Made by a program: the position numbers and the translations under genes
Part shown: positions 44,501 through 53,867 of the stretch, in pieces
Layout: each line of letters opens with the position of its first letter
Position numbering within the stretch: the stretch's first letter is position 1
Assembly (NCBI GenBank): GCA_964447355.1
Contig: CAYUSG010000001.1
Location: 9,217-73,216, forward strand
Length of the DNA: 64,000 bases
Source of the DNA: an uncultured Paenibacillaceae bacterium
Lineage (GTDB): Bacteria; Bacillota; Bacilli; Paenibacillales; CAYUSG01
Reading direction: 5' to 3'
The notes under the pieces: model-generated
Databases searched by the model: none
What the model was told of the DNA's origin: nothing
What the model saw: the letters and a program-made list of their open reading frames with translations, nothing else

Positions 44501-47500
44501 ATCATAAGTCGACTGCATATCTTTCGACAGCACCATTACACTGCCTCTTGATGCGGCTTGGGCTCGATTCGAATTCTCCCCCTTCTCAAATGAAGACACC
44601 TCTTTAATATTGCTGCCATACGTCATCGTACCTGCAATCTTGCCATTCTCCATTATTTGCTGTTGCGATAAGCCCATTGCTGGAGCTGGCACGTAATCAA
44701 GTGCGACAAGCCGTGGCGATCGGTCTCCCCAGTTGTAGCGAACGTTTATCGGTACGCCGATGATTCTACCCGATGCCGATACGCCATCTGTGCTCACATA
44801 GCCATAGACGTTCCCGATTCGCCTGCCGCCAAGGAACAATATACCGCGAGGAACAATAATCGAAACGTTCCCGCCTCCCGACATCGTTACTGGTCCCATG
44901 ATGCCTGCTTTGTTGGAATCGTAAGAAATCGTCGCCGATACATCCCCTTCTATCACATCAAACAGTGCGACCTCTGCACCAATCTGCGCCTCGATGCCCG
45001 CCTTCGTCAAGCTGTCTTCAATGTGATATCTTCCGAAGGCCCTTTCAAACACCCTAATATCCATGACCGCAATGGCAGATTCAAAATGAATCCCGCGAAG
45101 TGAAGCCTCCAGACGCATATCATCAGCGAAAAGAATGTTGGCAATGGACATCCCTCCAATAACTATAAGCTTCAGCGGTGGTAAGATATTAAAATTGCCC
45201 GTAAGGGTATCATAAAGATTATTAAATCCGCCGCCACCCTTCGTAATATAACCCACAGTATAACCAGGGATCAGCGGTATGCCAGGCTTGCTCCCGACAT
45301 AAAACTCAAAGTTATCCAGAATGGGGATCTTACTCTCAGTAAAACGCAGTGTAAACAGCCCGCCCGTCTCAATGACTTTAAAGTTCACATCCGCTTCCAA
45401 CTGGTATATACGATCTAACGTGTCGATCAAAACGCTTGCCTCAGCGCCAAACTTCATACCCGGCACAAAGTCCCGAGGTATGCCTACCTCACCTTCGGCA
45501 CGCAGACCGATGAAACCAAAATCCCTATAGCTGTTTTTTAACCCGAATCGCGCTTCATCCAAATCGACATTAAGCTTCAGCGGGATATCATCCGAATCCT
45601 CGCCCAAAGCCCCGAAATTCAAGCTTAAACTGCCTCCAAATGAAACACTGCTGCTGCCGATCACAGCTTGCTTAATCGTAACCGGGAAGAATTGCATCGT
45701 TGTTAACTTATTAAGATAATCGGCCAACTCCCAATTGATTTCAATCGGTGAATCGTTACCCTCAGCTTCTAGCGCATAGCTGGTTCCATCCTTCAATTCG
45801 ATGGAGAAAGGTCCCGCCACAAAAGGAAATTGAGGTATGGAGAGCACGCCGCTCCCGCTAATCGTTAGCACGCCCCCATCTTTCCCTATGTGCAGAAGCT
45901 CATCCCCGCCAAACTGGCTGATCACCGTATCGTTACTGTCGAATCGAATAACGGAGTTGATCGTGGTCCCTGGCGCTGCTTCATAGACTTTATTGCTGCC
46001 GCTGCGAAGCTCTCTGATGTCACCGCGAAGCTTCAACAATACTTCGCCGCTGACGTTTGATAAGTCTTGTTCATTGTCAGCAGGTACCATCACGTAGTTC
46101 CATCCTTGTTTCACAATAGCTAACAGCCCGTACTTCTTGGACTGGTACTGCGTGTCCACCGTCATCTCAAACGTCTGAGTGAATTTGCCGTATTCACCCG
46201 CATCCAGCTGCAATGTGTAGCTGCCAGGCTCTGGATCATCGTCTGCCCACAGCTCATTGAGTACAACCTCCATTTGATTGTCTCCAAGTACTGCATAGTC
46301 TTGTATCGGTACCGTCACTCCATCCCGTTCACGGGTCAACACAATCTCAGCATCCCAGTTGTTCACCAGCGCCGAGAACCCTTGTCCCTTCAGACGAAGC
46401 TCTCTGTCACTGTCATCCACAAACTTCTTCTGTGGTAAAATGTCCCACAGCTGCAGCTGTGGAGGAACCCCAGAAAGTGCAGGCATAATCACATAATCAG
46501 CATGTGTCGTTGTTGTGCTGTTGGCTCTTATACTCACCCAATATCTCGCCGCAGTGTACATCTGCTGAGGGATAGCCTTAACCCGCCAAGATAAGGTTGC
46601 CACCTCACCTCTGCTGATCTCTTCTATTACTTTGCTCCGCGACTCCCCTTCAGCCAATTCGAGTGACAACGGCAAGCCGAGTTCGACGATTGCCCTATCT
46701 ATCCACAACGCATTATCACGGGTGTTATCGATGGTCAAATGAATTTCGAAAGTCTCCAGCGTATAGTGATCTCGTTCGCTATTGGCTTCCAGCTCTCGAG
46801 GCGCGTACAATTGCACGCCGTACCTCGCTTCTTGTTGCGCGGTAAAGAAGCTGCCAAGTCCATAATACGTTTCAAACTGAATCGTCTGCCCAGCCCCTAC
46901 CGAACGCGGATTCCAGAACAGCGCTACAGCACTGTCTCGACTGCCGTATGGATTCCGATCATGGGTCAAATCAATATCCTGAACCTGATAATCCCAAGTT
47001 GTAGTGGAGATGCCTTCCCAATGCGCGATAATCATCCGATCGGGAAGACGGTTCTCCCACCCTCCCAAGAAGCCGTAAGTCATCACCTTTGGTGTAATCG
47101 GATCATCTACTGCCCTCCAGTAGGGCGGCACACTAGCGCCTTGCAAATCCTTCTCTGTTCGGACATACTGACTGCTGCCAGACAAGGCAATCGGTGATGC
47201 ATCCTCAGCACCGAGCATGGTATCCAGCAGAATACGACTGCCAATGCTGGCCGTCTGATTCGTCGTATTGGTCACTTCGTAGGCAATTTTTACATTTCCG
47301 ATATTGGGATGATTTATATCATCCACAAGCGTGATGGTCTGGGTCACTTCCATCCCATTGACATGCCAGACTGACTGATTCGTAAGACCCTGCGTTGTCG
47401 GGCGAACAGTAAAACCGCTGTCCAACCCCATAAAGCCGTAATTTTCCCCGAAAATATAATCCTTTCCGTCAATTCTGAACGTGGTAAACGAGGTGTCCGG

Positions 47501-47725
47501 ATGCTCATCGAAAAATAAGAGATACGCCTCGTTGTCCAGTCGTAATGGATGACCCTGCTTGTTTTCTATGCTATAACGTCCGTTATCCTTACTTACTCGC
47601 ACATCGACATATTCATTTCCGACGTGTACGATTTCATGTGTCGGTTGTGCCGCATGGATGACCTCGGTACTGCCTGAGAGTACAAGCAACACGCACAACA
47701 AGACCATCGTAAGTTTCTTAATCAT
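41582..47725 (-). CDS. Giant (about 2047 aa) cell-surface protein with Ig-like/BIG2-like modules and three C-terminal SLH domains
   Basis: Signal peptide MIKKLTMVLLCVLLVLSGSTEVIHA (start at ATG 47725, GAGGGGA 6 nt upstream). The C-terminus carries SLH repeats (FSDMEGRWSTDAVYRLSSIDVINGW..., FADRSEVSEWAVPYMRQAVQEGWILG..., FKDAQDVPVWARSAIAMLVSEGILSGY...). Confidence 0.85.
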   Translation of the reverse strand: MIKKLTMVLLCVLLVLSGSTEVIHAAQPTHEIVHVGNEYVDVRVSKDNGRYSIENKQGHPLRLDNEAYLLFFDEHPDTSFTTFRIDGKDYIFGENYGFMGLDSGFTVRPTTQGLTNQSVWHVNGMEVTQTITLVDDINHPNIGNVKIAYEVTNTTNQTASIGSRILLDTMLGAEDASPIALSGSSQYVRTEKDLQGASVPPYWRAVDDPITPKVMTYGFLGGWENRLPDRMIIAHWEGISTTTWDYQVQDIDLTHDRNPYGSRDSAVALFWNPRSVGAGQTIQFETYYGLGSFFTAQQEARYGVQLYAPRELEANSERDHYTLETFEIHLTIDNTRDNALWIDRAIVELGLPLSLELAEGESRSKVIEEISRGEVATLSWRVKAIPQQMYTAARYWVSIRANSTTTTHADYVIMPALSGVPPQLQLWDILPQKKFVDDSDRELRLKGQGFSALVNNWDAEIVLTRERDGVTVPIQDYAVLGDNQMEVVLNELWADDDPEPGSYTLQLDAGEYGKFTQTFEMTVDTQYQSKKYGLLAIVKQGWNYVMVPADNEQDLSNVSGEVLLKLRGDIRELRSGSNKVYEAAPGTTINSVIRFDSNDTVISQFGGDELLHIGKDGGVLTISGSGVLSIPQFPFVAGPFSIELKDGTSYALEAEGNDSPIEINWELADYLNKLTTMQFFPVTIKQAVIGSSSVSFGGSLSLNFGALGEDSDDIPLKLNVDLDEARFGLKNSYRDFGFIGLRAEGEVGIPRDFVPGMKFGAEASVLIDTLDRIYQLEADVNFKVIETGGLFTLRFTESKIPILDNFEFYVGSKPGIPLIPGYTVGYITKGGGGFNNLYDTLTGNFNILPPLKLIVIGGMSIANILFADDMRLEASLRGIHFESAIAVMDIRVFERAFGRYHIEDSLTKAGIEAQIGAEVALFDVIEGDVSATISYDSNKAGIMGPVTMSGGGNVSIIVPRGILFLGGRRIGNVYGYVSTDGVSASGRIIGVPINVRYNWGDRSPRLVALDYVPAPAMGLSQQQIMENGKIAGTMTYGSNIKEVSSFEKGENSNRAQAASRGSVMVLSKDMQSTYDITVGDQDYALLELAYSGDLPEIEITAPNGQSYPLIEDENYLIQEISADESQSGVLEQYMYVSVVAPEPGTWTIATSKPLEGGRLMDVAELPELEQLEVEMIGSHELAVQWQSAHVDEDMHVALYLSEDGDSDSGRLLLSELDATGSTTVQLPDTLPSGEYYIRAALVNGDMLEHVRYSDTSFAINNAYELPAPEHVEMTNLGNGLVKAKWELDQTADGFVLEMKDENGEALPNMGMVEADGDLREANIGGTYVDQQTGELFGLVAGNTYRVEVTGYKEIDGIRVYGQPALSNELYVPEPNPANIELTVQVDDQAAKQVAGDHDEMIYIVNQPQVDLVLQSDQQVNSNVIVNDSAAFERSEDQWQQSIELEEGMNNISVYAVNEDGDITVSGVQVRLDTEKPDLKINAPEPAYWSEDTSVTVQGVAELGSIVTINGEEVETDSEGRFASEISLEGYLKRPITIAAADQAGNVSLHSAQAINGTVNTIEEVEIRIVSTDSEAASTSEDVELELLVGGKAVLELVGLDEQGNAYVLEQAYADWNVLLGSQYGELSGGVLDAKYEGDIVIHASYTIAEGYALQDSLTVRVHHEETVELPSYDDWYDEDWEDNYPERPASTHRGNGANNDKVIDEMLQQALKSIIEAEQGTVFFDHIALQSGQDQILKDEDRAELKVFGQPWELERVGIGMGRVIDPSRFIFNDRRTLIGDIYELKTNVPVTFETPPELLIRFGLEDAADPSKLGIYWYNETKRRWEYIGSEVNPLYGTVTARLPHFSKYALLYDEQMRQFSDMEGRWSTDAVYRLSSIDVINGWEKAGAWIFAPEQSITRQEFAKVLVAANDVSLTADASSLSSFADRSEVSEWAVPYMRQAVQEGWILGSKKSDAMYLNPRQAITRAEAAVMLTRMMGDSSAATDEPLAAFKDAQDVPVWARSAIAMLVSEGILSGYPDGTIRPMDTIKREEAAVMLLRFMDRMH

Positions 47726-47749
47726 CTGATATCCCCTCATTTCAAAATT

Positions 47750-50700
47750 TTATTCCGGAATAACAAACAAGTGAATCAGATGATATTGTCGCTGCTGATC
47801 TTGGAGAAGTAATGTATAGTATCCGTATTGATCCACCGTGACTGCCTCACGACTAACATCCAGCCAATCTCCATTCATCTTGAAATATCCCTTTGGCCAG
47901 AAGCCCTTGGCCAGCTTCGCCGACAACACACCTTGTTCCCCGAATGGTTCGATGCGGATGTCATAACCGCGTACCGTTAAAGCCGTTCCAACTGGCGGCA
48001 GTTCGCCATTCACATACCCGACCAACACTGCAGGAGAAATGACTTGCGCCTTACGAGTGAACTGAAGCACGTTGCCTGCCCGATCCACCACTTCGAAGGA
48101 TATCTCATACTCACCACTGCGGTGAATATCTACGTTTTGCTCAACAGTGGCTTGATCCGTCAACTCCCCATCAGCCCGATCCACAATGCGAAGCCCTTCA
48201 GCGGGATTAAAGTCCTGACCTTGCACAATAACTAGTGTTTCACCGCCCACATACTGTACTTCCGGCGCGTGCCGATCAATATTTTGAACTGAAACTTCAA
48301 CCCAATAGCGATTTCCAAGCTCATCCATCACATGAACCCACTTTGTGGCGTTCTCTGTGAATGTCCATTCCAGCACATTCTCATCATTCAGCACGGTCAG
48401 CTCTCGATTGCTCTGAATGATCGCCGTTACATCGTTCTGGGTCGGCTCCGTTTCAGAATACAACACGCTGATTTCTGCTTTGGATTTATCGATGTTCGCA
48501 ACTTCAGCTGGAAGTTCAATACGGTTTCCCGCCTCATCCTGCACAATAAAGGTGAAGCTGCCATTATCCGTGAATACATATTCTTTTCGCCCGAAATTGT
48601 TAATCACATAGATCGTTTGCTCTGGATCTAGAGCCTGTACGCGAGCAATAACGTTCTCATTCGTAATCTCGGTTGAACTATAGACTACTTGCACTTGTGG
48701 CGTATCACGAACGATATAATCTACACTTACCGGAATTATCGCCGTATTGCCAGCTCGGTCACGAATGTGAAATTCAAACGTGCCATTGTCATGAAAATCG
48801 TACACCCGGCTGCCTTCATTATTCAGAACCTCCACACCCGGTTCATTCGCCTCTATCGTCACGCGAACCGGCATATTCGTTGGTTCCGTCGTCGAATAGC
48901 TAACCGCAGCTTGCGGAGGCGTCTTGTCAATGCGATCGACGACCGCTTCAACAGTACTTTGGTTGCCAGCTTCATCCTCGAACACAAACGTAAAGCTGCC
49001 GTTTTCAGTAAACGTATGCTGTGTGCCTCCTTCATTCAGGAATGTCACGTCTGCTCCTGAATTGTCGGAAGGGTGCAACGTGACTGTCACATTCTCGCTT
49101 GTCCATGTGCGTACGTTGTATTCCAGCGTTCCCGCAGGTGCTTCACGATCAATCCAATTCACTGTGATCGGACCGGAATCACCCACATTGCCAGCTGCAT
49201 CCTCATAGCGGAACGTAAAGGTGCCATTGTCTTCGAATGTGTAGCTCCGACTGTCATGATTGGTTATTGAGATGGGAGCGGTTTCATCCGCAAACGATAT
49301 CGTCGCCGTCACCGCCTCCGTCGTCCACGAGTCTTTGTCAAAGGTGATCGTAGGCTCCGGCGTTGCATTTGCGATCCACCAGACCGAAGCGGTCAATTCT
49401 TGTTCATTACCTGCCGCATCTTGAATTCTAAAAGTATGTGTGCCGTTCTCGGTGAAGGTCACCTCAGATTGTCCGTCACCTAACACAATCGGCGACACCC
49501 CTGAGTTATCCAACATCGTCAGGCTCGCCGTTACCGGTTGATTCGTCCAGTTTTCAGTAGAATAACGAATGTCCCCCGTCGGCTTCACCAGATCAATATT
49601 AGTGATCTGCACCTCTTCCTCACTCGCAAGTCCCGTCTGAACATCTTCAACCATAAACGACAACGTGCCATTCATATAGAATCGATAAACGGCTTCTGTC
49701 ACAGTGACATTGTCGACAGTGGTGGTATAGGTTTGCCCATCGCTTGTTGTCAAGCTGACAAACTCCGCCGTCTCAGGTACCGTTATTCCGTACAATGACC
49801 GAGGCGGGTCTCCTGCAACACTGATCGTGACATCTACGGGCTGGTTCGTCCAAGTATTCATAGAACGCGTTACACTCGCTGTCGGCAAACTTTGGTCGAT
49901 CCAATCTACTTCAACCGTATAATTACCTGTATTACCCGCTTCATCCACGAAGCTGTACAGCACACTGCCGTTTTCCTCGAAAGTCACTTCGTCTCTTGTT
50001 ACAAGCGCTTCCGTCTCCGAAGGAAGAACTAGATAGACCGGTTCTGAAAACTCCAGATTCGCTGTGACCGGCATCGCCGTACGCTGACTTGGTGAATAGA
50101 CTACATCGACTACCGAAGGAGCCGTATTATCCAAATAAAATGCATGACTCACCGTTGTTCGCACATTGCCAGCTTCATCGGTTCCCTCAACCCACAGAAA
50201 CCATAAACCATCGACAGAATCTAGCGTAACGGTATCACCTGATTGAATATTCTGCCATTCCTGCGGAGCCACTAGCGCATCATTAGACCAGCCCATCTTC
50301 AACGCAATTTGCGCCGATGCAGATATATTGTCTGTAGCCGTTATGACCGTAGATACGCTTTTCTGATTGATACTTGTGCCGTTGGTTCCTATCATAATTT
50401 CGGGCAAATCCCTATCGATGTTATGGATGTCCACATCAACAGTCACAGAATTACCTGCCAAATCGTAAATTGTTAGGGGATGAATACCGTTGTCTTCTAT
50501 CAGGTAACTCTGCGTGCCCGGCGAGAAGTTGTCATCATAGGTAACAGTCACTTCAACAGCTTGATTCGTGTAGGCAGCAGGATTTAACTGCGTTTCCAAT
50601 ATAACAGGAGCTGTCGTATCATAGGTCAGGTCGATGGTATAGGTCTCACTGGTATTTCCAGCCTCATCCCGATACTGTACATGAATCGAATAGCTGCCAT

Positions 50701-53020
50701 CACTTGTAACCGTATTCATCAAATCAATCACGGCACTGTGATTCTGCGCATGTGACATCCATTCGCTCCAATCGCCGCTCTCCACCGCATAACGCACTTC
50801 TATACTGGTTATCTCATCCTCAGCGTCAAATTCAACGGTCACTTGCTTCTGATTCGTATGACCATGTTCATTGCTGAACCTTACACCACCTTGCGGCGGA
50901 ACATGATCAAGCGCAAACGCATCACTCTCGACAACAATCAAATTGCCGGCTTCGTCAGAAACTTTAGCATACACACGAACATAACCGGACATCCCCGTTA
51001 TATGAACAGTCCCGTCTGCCGAAACAAGCCAGTCATCCGTCCCGACATCCTCGCTCGTCTCTCCCTCTACCAGCAAGCTGTATTCAATCCTTAGAGCAGA
51101 CGAATCACTGACGTCGTCCGTTGCTACAATATCCACGGTGACTTCCGAAGCATACACTGCGCTTCCGTTCGGTTGAATTACAGCAGTCGGGGCCGTATTG
51201 TCCAGCAAAAAGGCAATACCGCCTTCAACATCCTCCCCTAATGTAAATCGCTCGACATTCCCCAAATCATCTTCCGTTTTCACATGTAAATAAAACAGTC
51301 CGTTCTCGCCTTCAGGCGTAGTAACGATCCTGGAGACATTAGATAGACTCACATGATCCGCGATCTGTTGCCAGTTCTCATCGGTAACATTAGGTTTCGC
51401 AGAAGTATGCGACCATTGAACGTAAAGACTGCCCGTCTCTGAGTCACGATTGCCTGCAAGTTCAATCTCTACTTCATGGGATGTCTTAGGCTGATCATGC
51501 TCGGTGTAAATGAAGTTCGGTTTAGGCGCCTCACCATCAACTAGAAAAGAAGTAAACGTCAGCACCTCTGTAGCATTGTCAAGCTTGTCCCAAACCTGTA
51601 CTTCCAATGTATGTTCACCTGCATCGATAGGCAAATAAACAGATACATTGCTTCCGCTATGTGACTGCCAGCTGCCTTCATTCCAGCGATATTGAATTTC
51701 TTCAATCCCTGCTGGATCCTCAGCCAGAATCTGAATCGCTTCGCCGCCTCCACCTGTGTACGCTTCAGGTGTGACCGTCACAGCAGGCGCGGTATAGTCG
51801 ATATGATACGGTCCGAAGTACTGTGTGCTTACATTCCCCACAACATCTGTAATGCGAACATGCAAATAATAGGTGCCATCCTCGTCCAAAGGTGACAACG
51901 TATCCTGCGCGTTTAATTCACTCGGATTGCCTGCAAAATCAATACTTTGCGTGAAGCTGCTTGGCGTTGCTGTGCTTGTACTCCATTCGTACTCCACACT
52001 AGCTAGTCCGCTGCCTCCATCGGTTGCCGAGATTTTCTCCTCTGGAAGCTTTGAATGCGTATTCAATGCATCACCCGCGACACTGCTGCTTGGCATGATG
52101 CCATCCACCGCAATGGGTCCGATATCGTCAAACGTATACGCTGAACCAATGGGGAAATCATCACCGTTATAACCGCTTGAATCCCACACATTCCCTGCAT
52201 AATCGCTATATGTGCCGTTGAATGCTGTTACTTTCAGCTCGGAAGTGTAATCACCCTCTTGTACGGTGTAGACAAAATAGTAGCCATCATAATACGCTTT
52301 GGCGTTACTTCCGTCTCTGATCACATTTAATTCCAAGTAGGCATCCTGCGAAGGTAACCAATCTTCACCTGAAGAAGGTACACCGAGATCACTTACAAAC
52401 CAAGGGATGATACTGATCGTATTGCCCCGTTTAAACTTTGTGCTTTCAGATAAAATAGAAAGGTTATGCAGCTTGGGATCAATCGTATCAATGTAATACT
52501 CAACTGGCCTGATAATGCTAGGATAGCTAGGATTAAAAATTTGATTGTCAAACCAGTATTCACCAGATGACAACGTAAACGTCTCACCGCCAGCAGAACA
52601 AGGAATGTCAACAGCTTTGGTCTTTAGTATTCCGTTCAAACTCGTGTTCACCGTATAGGAAAATACAGCCGTGGAGGGGTCCTGCATCTCAGCTAATTGA
52701 AAAGAGATCTCTCCCAGCTTTTCCGTTGCGCCCCCTGCTTTTAATTCGTGTACCTCTATGGCAAAACTGCCGCCTGGCGTACAGGTGACACTTTGATTAA
52801 ATTGAATGTATAAATTTATCGTGTCGCCCGTACCATAGTGATATTCAAATCTTCCGCTTCTATCCACCTTCTTCTCCTCATTACTTGTAATGCTCGTGAT
52901 CTCAAGCGGATCGGCAGCATACACTGCATATCCATGCCCCCAGCTGATCATCCAACCTGCCAGTAGCACAAATACCAACACTCTTCCCCATACGCCCGTC
53001 AATCCATTAACCCAGCTCAT
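47750..53020 (-). CDS. Giant (1756 aa) secreted protein built from at least 8 tandem Ig-like modules of about 85-90 aa
   Basis: Signal peptide. Recurrent module W-T-N-Q-P-V-x-V/A-T...F-T-E-N-G-x-F/H-T-F...D-x-A-G-N, for example WTNQPVDVTISV, WTNQPVTASLTM, WTTEAVTATISF, WTSENVTVTLHP, PTNMPVRVTIEA. The repeats are divergent at the DNA level. Confidence 0.8.
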   Translation of the reverse strand: MSWVNGLTGVWGRVLVFVLLAGWMISWGHGYAVYAADPLEITSITSNEEKKVDRSGRFEYHYGTGDTINLYIQFNQSVTCTPGGSFAIEVHELKAGGATEKLGEISFQLAEMQDPSTAVFSYTVNTSLNGILKTKAVDIPCSAGGETFTLSSGEYWFDNQIFNPSYPSIIRPVEYYIDTIDPKLHNLSILSESTKFKRGNTISIIPWFVSDLGVPSSGEDWLPSQDAYLELNVIRDGSNAKAYYDGYYFVYTVQEGDYTSELKVTAFNGTYSDYAGNVWDSSGYNGDDFPIGSAYTFDDIGPIAVDGIMPSSSVAGDALNTHSKLPEEKISATDGGSGLASVEYEWSTSTATPSSFTQSIDFAGNPSELNAQDTLSPLDEDGTYYLHVRITDVVGNVSTQYFGPYHIDYTAPAVTVTPEAYTGGGGEAIQILAEDPAGIEEIQYRWNEGSWQSHSGSNVSVYLPIDAGEHTLEVQVWDKLDNATEVLTFTSFLVDGEAPKPNFIYTEHDQPKTSHEVEIELAGNRDSETGSLYVQWSHTSAKPNVTDENWQQIADHVSLSNVSRIVTTPEGENGLFYLHVKTEDDLGNVERFTLGEDVEGGIAFLLDNTAPTAVIQPNGSAVYASEVTVDIVATDDVSDSSALRIEYSLLVEGETSEDVGTDDWLVSADGTVHITGMSGYVRVYAKVSDEAGNLIVVESDAFALDHVPPQGGVRFSNEHGHTNQKQVTVEFDAEDEITSIEVRYAVESGDWSEWMSHAQNHSAVIDLMNTVTSDGSYSIHVQYRDEAGNTSETYTIDLTYDTTAPVILETQLNPAAYTNQAVEVTVTYDDNFSPGTQSYLIEDNGIHPLTIYDLAGNSVTVDVDIHNIDRDLPEIMIGTNGTSINQKSVSTVITATDNISASAQIALKMGWSNDALVAPQEWQNIQSGDTVTLDSVDGLWFLWVEGTDEAGNVRTTVSHAFYLDNTAPSVVDVVYSPSQRTAMPVTANLEFSEPVYLVLPSETEALVTRDEVTFEENGSVLYSFVDEAGNTGNYTVEVDWIDQSLPTASVTRSMNTWTNQPVDVTISVAGDPPRSLYGITVPETAEFVSLTTSDGQTYTTTVDNVTVTEAVYRFYMNGTLSFMVEDVQTGLASEEEVQITNIDLVKPTGDIRYSTENWTNQPVTASLTMLDNSGVSPIVLGDGQSEVTFTENGTHTFRIQDAAGNEQELTASVWWIANATPEPTITFDKDSWTTEAVTATISFADETAPISITNHDSRSYTFEDNGTFTFRYEDAAGNVGDSGPITVNWIDREAPAGTLEYNVRTWTSENVTVTLHPSDNSGADVTFLNEGGTQHTFTENGSFTFVFEDEAGNQSTVEAVVDRIDKTPPQAAVSYSTTEPTNMPVRVTIEANEPGVEVLNNEGSRVYDFHDNGTFEFHIRDRAGNTAIIPVSVDYIVRDTPQVQVVYSSTEITNENVIARVQALDPEQTIYVINNFGRKEYVFTDNGSFTFIVQDEAGNRIELPAEVANIDKSKAEISVLYSETEPTQNDVTAIIQSNRELTVLNDENVLEWTFTENATKWVHVMDELGNRYWVEVSVQNIDRHAPEVQYVGGETLVIVQGQDFNPAEGLRIVDRADGELTDQATVEQNVDIHRSGEYEISFEVVDRAGNVLQFTRKAQVISPAVLVGYVNGELPPVGTALTVRGYDIRIEPFGEQGVLSAKLAKGFWPKGYFKMNGDWLDVSREAVTVDQYGYYTLLLQDQQRQYHLIHLFVIPE

Positions 53021-53063
53021 CCGTTCACACTCCTTTAGCTGCCTTTGATTGGCTGCTTCATAC

Positions 53064-53648
53064 TTATTGCGCTGTTATCCCTTCCCAAAAGTGACTCCAT
53101 ACCCGCTCGAACTGTCCCCAGAACGCCGTCTCATCATACCGCTGCAGCTGCCAGAACAGTCCATCCATCATACAGACCATAGCCTTCGCATAATCGAGGC
53201 TGTTTCCGCTGCGCACTTCTCCAGTCTGCATCCCTTTGTCGAAAATGACTGAGAATAAATCGCATTCCCTCTCTTCCAACTTAATCAGTTCCGCTTTCAA
53301 ATTCATGTGAAATACCTCAGGCGGAAAAAGCAGCAATCGCATAAAAATCTTGATCTGCTGCTGGTCATTGATGTGGTATTCGAATATACTGCGAAGCATC
53401 TGATACAGCTGATCCTGAATCGACTGGTGATGCAACGAATTGGCGTAATATTCAGCGATATCAAAGTGTCCGCCTAATACCTCCTTATAGATCTGAACAA
53501 ATACATCCTCTTTGTTTTTAAAAAATGCATATACAGCTGGTGGAGTTATTCCTACTTCATCTGCAATCAGTTTGATCGTCATACCTGCGTATCCTTTTTC
53601 AGCGAACAGTTGTGAAGCCGCTTTCACAATTGCTTGTTTCGTAGACAT
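53064..53648 (-). CDS. TetR/AcrR-family transcriptional regulator
   Basis: N-terminal HTH IVKAASQLFAEKGYAGMTIKLIADEVGITPPAVYAFFKNKEDVF. It lies 43 nt upstream of, and co-oriented with, the 1756-aa gene. Confidence 0.9.
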   Translation of the reverse strand: MSTKQAIVKAASQLFAEKGYAGMTIKLIADEVGITPPAVYAFFKNKEDVFVQIYKEVLGGHFDIAEYYANSLHHQSIQDQLYQMLRSIFEYHINDQQQIKIFMRLLLFPPEVFHMNLKAELIKLEERECDLFSVIFDKGMQTGEVRSGNSLDYAKAMVCMMDGLFWQLQRYDETAFWGQFERVWSHFWEGITAQ

Positions 53649-53667
53649 ATCTTATCAACATCCTTTA

Positions 53668-53685
53668 TTAATGAATATTCATTAA
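53668..53685. promoter_or_regulatory. Perfect 18-bp palindrome, candidate TetR operator
   Basis: TTAATGAATATTCATTAA at 53668-53685. It lies between the putative -10 and the tetR RBS. Confidence 0.6.
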
Positions 53686-53694
53686 CCTACTATT

Positions 53695-53724
53695 AATATA
53701 GTATTTATTGGCGAATTTTGTCAA
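53695..53724 (-). promoter_or_regulatory. Putative sigma-A promoter of the tetR-led operon
   Basis: Minus strand: TTGACA (53719-53724), 18-nt spacer, TATATT (53695-53700). Confidence 0.45.
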
Positions 53725-53764
53725 TACGGTGCTGATTTCCCTTGACACCTCAAAGGAGTTTTGC

Positions 53765-53800
53765 GACACAAATAAACCACCCGTGTGAACGAGTGGTTTA
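53765..53800 (-). terminator. Intrinsic terminator of the 1418-aa SLH protein gene
   Basis: Arms at 53773-53783 and 53790-53800 (11 bp with one G-U pair on the minus RNA, 6-nt loop), followed by UUUGUGU. Confidence 0.55.
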
Positions 53801-53867
53801 CTCTTCGTCTATGAAACTGAACGCCTAATTTTAATACGATCACTCACATGTATAGCACTTACGGCAT

